Assembly (NCBI GenBank): GCA_964016885.1
Contig: OZ024740.1
Location: 50,096,001 to 50,160,000 of the forward strand
Length of the DNA stretch: 64,000 nt
Direction of reading: 5' to 3'
Origin: Eledone cirrhosa
Taxonomy: Eukaryota
The notes under the pieces were generated by a model, which worked only from the letters and a program-made list of their open reading frames with translations, searched no databases and had not been told where the DNA came from. A program made the position numbers and the translations under genes. Below, piece by piece: positions 57,301 to 64,000 of the stretch (position 1 is its first letter; each line of letters begins with the position of its first letter).

Positions 57301-60300
57301 ATAGATAAGGCACAACAGACATCGTCTGTAGATAAGGAACAACAAACATGGTCTGTAGATAAGGAACATCAGACATGGTCTATAGATAAGGAACAACAGA
57401 CATGGTCTGTAGATAAGGAACAACAGACATGGTCTGTAGGTAAGGAACAACAGACATGGTCTATAGATAAGGAACAAGACATGGTCTATAGATAAGGAAC
57501 AACAGACATGGTCTATAGATAAGGAATAACAGACATGGTCTGTAGATAAGGAACAACAGACATGGTCTGTAGGTAAGGAACAACAGACATGGTCTGTAGA
57601 TAAGGAACAACAAACATGGTCTATAGATAAGGAATAACAGACATGGTCTGTAGATAAGGAACAACATACATGGTCTATAGATAAAGAACAACAGCCGCGG
57701 TCTGTAGATAAGGAACAACAGACATGGTCTGTAGGTAAGGAACAACAGACATGGTCTGTAGATAAGGAACAACAGACATGGTCTGTAGATAATGTAAAAC
57801 AGACATGGTCTGTACATAAGGAACAAAAGACATGGTCTGTAGATAAGGAACAACAGACATGGTCTGTAGATAAGGTACAACAGACATGGTCTGTAGATAA
57901 GGAACAAAAGACATGGTCTGTAGATAAGGAACAAGACATGGTCTGTAGGTAAGGAATAACAGACATGGTCTGTAGGTAAGGAACAACAGACATGGTCTGT
58001 AGATAAGGAACAACAGACATGGTCTGTAGATAAGGATCAACAGACATCGTCTATAGATAAGGAATAACAGACATCGTCTGTAGGTAAGGAACAACAGACA
58101 TGGTCTGTAGATAAGGAACAACAAACATGGTCTATAGATAAGGAATAACAGACATGGTCTGTAGATAAGGAACAACAGACATGGTCTGTAGATAAGGAAC
58201 GACAAACATGGTCAATAGATAAGGAACAACAGACTTGGTCTGTAGATAAGGAATAACAGACATGGTCTATATATAAGGAACAACAGACATGGTCTGTAGA
58301 TAAGGAACAACAAACATGGTCTATAGATAAGGAATAACAGACATGGTCTGTAGATAAGGAACAACAGACATGGTCTGTAGATAAGGAACAACAGACATGG
58401 TCTATAGATAAGGAACAACAGACATGGTCTTTAGATACGGAACCACAGACATGGTCTATAGATAAGGAGCAACAGACATGGTCTGTAGATAAGGAACAAG
58501 ACATGGTCTGTAGATAAGGAACAACAGACATGGTCTGTAGATAAGGAACAATAGACAGTCTGTAGATAAGGAACAACAGACGCGGTCTGTAGATAAGCAA
58601 CACAAGACATGGTCTATAGATAAGGAACACAAGACATAGTCTGTAGATAAGGAACAATAGATATAGTCTGTAGATAAGGAACAACAGACATGGTCTGTAG
58701 ATAAGGAACAACAAATATGGTCTGTAGATAAGGAACAACAAATATGGTCTGTAGATAAGGAACAAACATGGTCTATACATAAGGAACAGACATGGTCTAT
58801 AGATAAGGAACAACAGACATGGTCTGTAGATAAGAAACAACAGACAAAGTCTATTGATCAGGAACAGACATGGTTTATAGATAAGAAACAACAGACATGG
58901 TCTGTAGATAAGGAACAACACACAGTCTGTAGATAAGGAATAACAGACATTGTCTATAGATAAGTAACAACAGACATGGTCTGTAGATAAGGAACAAAAG
59001 ACATGGTCTATAGATAAGGAACAAGACATGGTCTGTAGATAAGGAACAACAGACATGGTCTGTAGGTAAGGAACAACAGACATGGTCTGTAGATAAGGAA
59101 CAAAAGACATGGTCTGTAGATAAGGAACAAGACATGGTCTGTAGATAAGGAACAACAGACATGGTCTATAGATAAGGAATAACAGACATGGTCTGTAGGT
59201 AAGGAACAACAGACATGGTCTATAGATAAGGAACAAGACATGGTCTGTAGATAAGGAACAACAGGCATGGTCTGTAGGTAAGGAACAACAGACATGGTCT
59301 ATAGATAAGGAACAAGACATGGTCTATAGATAAGAAATAACAGACATGGTCTATAGATAAGGAACAACAACATGGTCTGCAGATAAGGAACAGCAGACAT
59401 GGTCTGTAGGTAAGTAACAACAGACATGGTCTATCGATAAGGAAGACAAGACATACTCTGTAGATAAGGAACAACAGACATGGTCTGTAGATAAGGAATA
59501 ACAGACATGGTCTATAGATAAGGAACAAGACATGGTCTGTAGATAAGGAACAACAGACATGGTCTGTAGGTAAAGAACAACAGATATGGTCTGTAGGTAA
59601 GGAACAACAGACATGGTCAGTAGGTAAGGAACAACAGACATGGTCTATAGATAAGGCACAACAGACATCGTCAGTAGATAAGGAACAACAAACATGGTCT
59701 GTAGATAAGGAACATCAGACATGGTCTATAGATAAGGAACAACAGACATGGTCTGTAGATAAGGAACAACAGACATGGTCTGTAGGTAAGGAACGACAGA
59801 CATGGTCTATAGATAAGGAACAAGACATGGTCTATAGATAAGGAACAACAGACATGGTCTATAGATAAGGAATAACAGACATGGTCTGTAGATAAGGAAC
59901 AACAGACATGGTATGTAGGTAAGGAACAACAGACATGGTCTATAGATAAGGCACAACAGATATGGTCTGTAGGTAAGGAACAACAGACATGGTCTGTAGA
60001 TAAGGAACAACAAACATGGTCTATAGATAAGGAATAACAGACATGGTCTGTAGATAAGGAACAACAGACATGGTCTGTAGATAAGGAACGACAAACATGG
60101 TCAATAGATAAGGAACAACAGACTTGGTCTGTAGATAAGGAATAACAGACATCGTCTATATATAAGGAACAACAGACATGGTCTGTAGATAAGGAACAAC
60201 AAACATGGTCTATAGATAAGGAATAACAGACATGGTCCGTAGATAAGGAACAACAGACATGGTCTGTAGATAAGGAACAACAGACATGGTCTATAGATAA

Positions 60301-61600
60301 GGAACAACAGACATGGTCTTTAGATACGGAACAACAGACATGGTCTATAGATAAGGAGCAACAGACATGGTCTGTAGATAAGTAACAAGACATGGTCTGT
60401 AGATAAGGAACAACAGACATGGTCTGTAGATAAGGAACAATAGACAGTCTGTAGATAAGGAACAACAGACGCGGTCTATAGATAAGGAACACAAGACATA
60501 GTCTGTATATAAGGAACAATAGACATAGTCTGTAGATAAGGAACAAAAGACATGGTCTGTAGATAAGGAACAACAAATATGGTCTGTAGATAAGGAACAA
60601 CAAATATGGTCTGTAGATAAGGAACAAACATGGTCTATACATAAGGAACAGACATGGTCTATAGATAAGGAACAACAGAATGGTCTGAAGATAAGAAACA
60701 ACAGACAAAGTCTATTGATCAGGAACAGACATGGTTTATAGATAAGAAACAACAGACATGGTCTGTAGATAAGGAACAACACACAGTCTGTAGATAAGGA
60801 ATAACAGACATTGTCTATAGATAAGGAACAACAGACATGGTCTGTAGATAAGGAACAAAAGACATGGTCTATAGATAAGGAACAAGACATGGTCTGTAGA
60901 TAAGGAACCACAGACATGGTCTGTAGGTAAGGAACAACAGACATGGTCTGTAGATAAGGAACAAAAGACATGGTCTGTAGATAAGGAACAAGACATGGTC
61001 TGTAGATAAGGAACAACAGACATGGTCTATAGATAAGGAATAACAGACATGGTCTGTAGGTAAGGAACAACAGACATGGTCTATAGATAAGGAACAAGAC
61101 ATGGTCTGTAGATAAGGAACAACAGACATGGTCTGTAGGTAAGGAACAACAGACATGGTCTATAGATAAGGAACAAGACATGGTCTATAGATAAGGAATA
61201 ACAGACATGGTCTATAGATAAGGAACAACAGACATGGTCTATAGATAAGGAACAAGACAAGGTCTGTAGATAAGGAACAACAGACATGGTCTGTAGATAA
61301 GGAACAACAGACATGGTCTGTAGGTAAGTAACAACAGACATGGTCTATCGATAAGGAACCCAAGACATACTCTGTAGATAAGGAACAACAGACATGGTCT
61401 GTAGATAAGGAATAACAGACATGGTCTATAGATAAGGAACAAGACATGGTCTGTAGATAAGGAACAACAGACATGGTCTGTAGGTAAGGAACAACAGATA
61501 TGGTCTGTAGGTAAGGAACAACAGACATGGTCTGTAGGTAAGGAACAACAGACATGGTCTATAGATAAGGCACAACAGACATCGTCTGTAGATAAGGAAC
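45400..61600. repeat. ~7.8-kb higher-order tandem duplication (about two copies)
   Basis: ORF pairs offset by 7793 (45442/53235, 46055/53848), 7899 (50138/58037) and 7846 (51825/59671, 53235/61081). The offsets change where whole monomers are gained or lost. Confidence 0.88.
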
Positions 61601-64000
61601 AACAAACATGGTCTGTAGATAAGGAACAACAGACATGGTCTATAGATAATGAACAACAGACATGGTCTGTAGATAAGGAACAATAGACAGTCTGTAGATA
61701 AGGAACAACAGACGCGGTCTGTAGATAAGCAACACAAGACATGGTCTATAGATAAGGAACACAAGACATAGTCTGTAGATAAGGAACAATGGACATAGTC
61801 TGTAGATAAGGAACAACAGACATGGTCTGTAGATAAGGAACAACAAATATGGTCTGTAGATAAGGAACAACAAATATGGTCTGTAGATAAGGAACAAACA
61901 TGGTCTATACATAAGGAACAGACATGGTCGATAGATAAGGAACAACAGACATGGTCTGAAGATAAGAAACAACAGACAAAGTCTATTGATCAGGAACAGA
62001 CATGGTTTATAGATAAGAGACAACAGACATGGTCTGTAGATAAGGAACAATACACAGTCTGTAGATAAGGAATAACAGACATTGTCTATAGATAAGGAAC
62101 AACAGACATGGTCTGTAGATAAGGAACAAAAGACATGGTCTATAGATAAGGAACAAGACATGGTCTGTAGATAAGGAACAACAGACATGGTCTGTAGGTA
62201 AGGAACAACAGACATGGTCTGTAGGTAAGGAACAACAGACATGGTCTATAGATAAGGAACAAGACATGGTCTATAGATAAGGAACAACAGACATGGTCTA
62301 TAGATAAGGAATAACAAACATGGTCTGTAGATAAGGAACAACAGACATGGTCTGTAGGTAAGGAACAACAGACATGGTCTATAGATAAGGCACAACAGAT
62401 ATGGTCTGTAGGTAAGTAACAACAGACATGGTCTATAGATAAGGCACAACAGACATCGTCTGTAGATAAGGAACAACAAACATGGTCTGTAGATAAGGAA
62501 CATCAGACATGGTCTATAGATAAGGAACAACAGACATGGTCTGTAGATAAGGAACAACAGACATGGTCTGTAGGTAAGGAACAACAGACATGGTCTGTAG
62601 ATAAGGAACAAAAGACATGGTCTATAGATAAGGAACAAGACATGGTCTGTAGATAAGGAACAACAGACATGGTCTGTAGATAAGGAACAACAGACATGGT
62701 CTGTAGATAAGGAACAAAAGACATGGTCTGTAGATAAAGAACAAGACATGGTCTGTAGATAAGGAACAACAGACATGGTCTATAGATAAGGAATAACAGA
62801 CATGGTCTGTAGGTAAGGAACAAGACATGGTCTATAGATAAGGAATAACAGACATGGTCTATAGATAAGGAACAACAGACATGGTCTATAGATAAGGAAC
62901 AAGACAAGGTCTGTAGATGAGGAACAACAGACATGGTCTGTAGATAAGGAACAACAGACATGGTCTGTAGGTAAGTAACAACAAACATGGTCTATCGATA
63001 AGGAACACAAGACATACTCTGTAGATAAGGAACAACAGACATGGTCTGTAGATAAGGAATAACAGACATGGTCTATAGATAAGGAACAAGACATGGTCTG
63101 TAGATAAGGAACAACAGATATGGTCTGTAGGTAAGGAACAACAGACATGGTCTGTAGGTAAGGAACAACAGACATGGTCTATAGATAAGGCACAACAGAC
63201 ATCGTCTGTAGATAAGGAACAACAAACATGGTCTGTAGATAAGGAACATCAGACATGGTCTATAGATAAGGAACAACAGACATGGTCTGTAGATAAGGAA
63301 CAACAGACATGGTCTGTAGGTAAGGAACAACAGACATGGTCTATAGATAAGGAACAAGACATGGTCTATAGATAAGGAACAACAGACATGGTCTATAGAT
63401 AAGGAATAACAGACATGGTCTGTAGATAAGGAACAACAGACATGGTCTATAGATAAGGAACAACAGACATGGTCTATAGATAAGGCACAACAGATATGGT
63501 CTGTAGGTAAGGAACAACAGACATGGTCTGTAGGTAAGGAACAACAGACATGGTCTGTAGATAAGGAACAACAAACATGGTCTATAGATAAGGAATAACA
63601 GACATGGTCTGTAGATAAGGAACAACAGACATGGTCTGTAGATAAGGAACAACAGACATGGTCTATAGATAAGGAACAACAGACATGGTCTTTAGATACG
63701 GAACAACAGACATGGTCTATAGATAAGGAGCAACAGACATGGTCTGTAGATAAGGAACAAGACATGGTCTGTAGATAAGGAACAACAGACATGGTCTGTA
63801 GATAAGGAACAATAGACAGTCTGTAGATAAGGAACAACAGACGCGGTCTGTAGATAAGCAACACAAGACATGGTCTATAGATAAGGAACACAAGACATAG
63901 TCTGTAGATAAGGAACAATGGACATAGTCTGTAGATAAGGAACAACAGACATGGTCTGAAGATAAGAAACAACAGACAAAGTCTATTGATCAGGAACAGA

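Larger units (their letters stand above)
6534..64000. repeat. 27-bp satellite/minisatellite array, consensus GAACAACAGACATGGTCTGTAGATAAG, runs off the window end
   Basis: Head-to-tail monomers throughout in one orientation. Common variants are TCTG>TCTA, TAGAT>TAGGT, GAAC>GAAT and CAGAC>CAAAC, plus 24-mers (GAACAGAC/GAACAAAC) and 25-mers (GAACAAGAC, CAGACAGTC). Confidence 0.99.

Noticed and set aside
6371-63972. Long minus-strand ORFs (up to 882 aa) as real Cys-rich or membrane proteins
   Set aside because: They are overlapping translations of the satellite in all three frames and switch frame at 25-bp monomers.
6534-64000. CRISPR array (short palindromic repeat; the TGTAGAT end resembles Cas12a repeats)
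   Set aside because: Monomers are head-to-tail with no unique spacers, lack the TCTAC arm, have no cas genes nearby, and the context is eukaryotic.
6534-64000. Telomeric repeat array
   Set aside because: No TTAGGG-type motif or G-tracts; a subtelomeric or centromeric location cannot be judged from this window.

Overview
Eukaryotic, repeat-dominated DNA with no credible intact protein-coding gene. The repeat landscape (massive TA/CA microsatellites, RTE-type LINE remnants, an octopus-like SINE fragment) suggests a mollusc, probably a coleoid cephalopod, but that is inference. Bases 1-6533 are an AT-rich flank holding a frameshifted RTE LINE 3' end, three copies of an RTE-related non-autonomous retroelement (one +, two -), a 497-bp near-perfect palindrome, a decayed SINE, a 106-bp tandem duplication and a possible short exon. 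From 6534 to the window end (about 57.5 kb) is one uninterrupted, single-orientation satellite of a 27-bp monomer, GAACAACAGACATGGTCTGTAGATAAG (roughly 2,100-2,200 copies). It contains 24/25-bp deletion variants, recurring ordered cassettes of variant monomers, and nested higher-order duplications (81 bp, 660 bp, ~0.9, ~1.7, ~2.5, ~7.2-7.9 kb). Almost all long ORFs in the track are translations of the microsatellites or the satellite. I found no convincing new gene system; the most interesting features are the satellite's modular architecture and motif content, and the nested inverted repeats in the flank.
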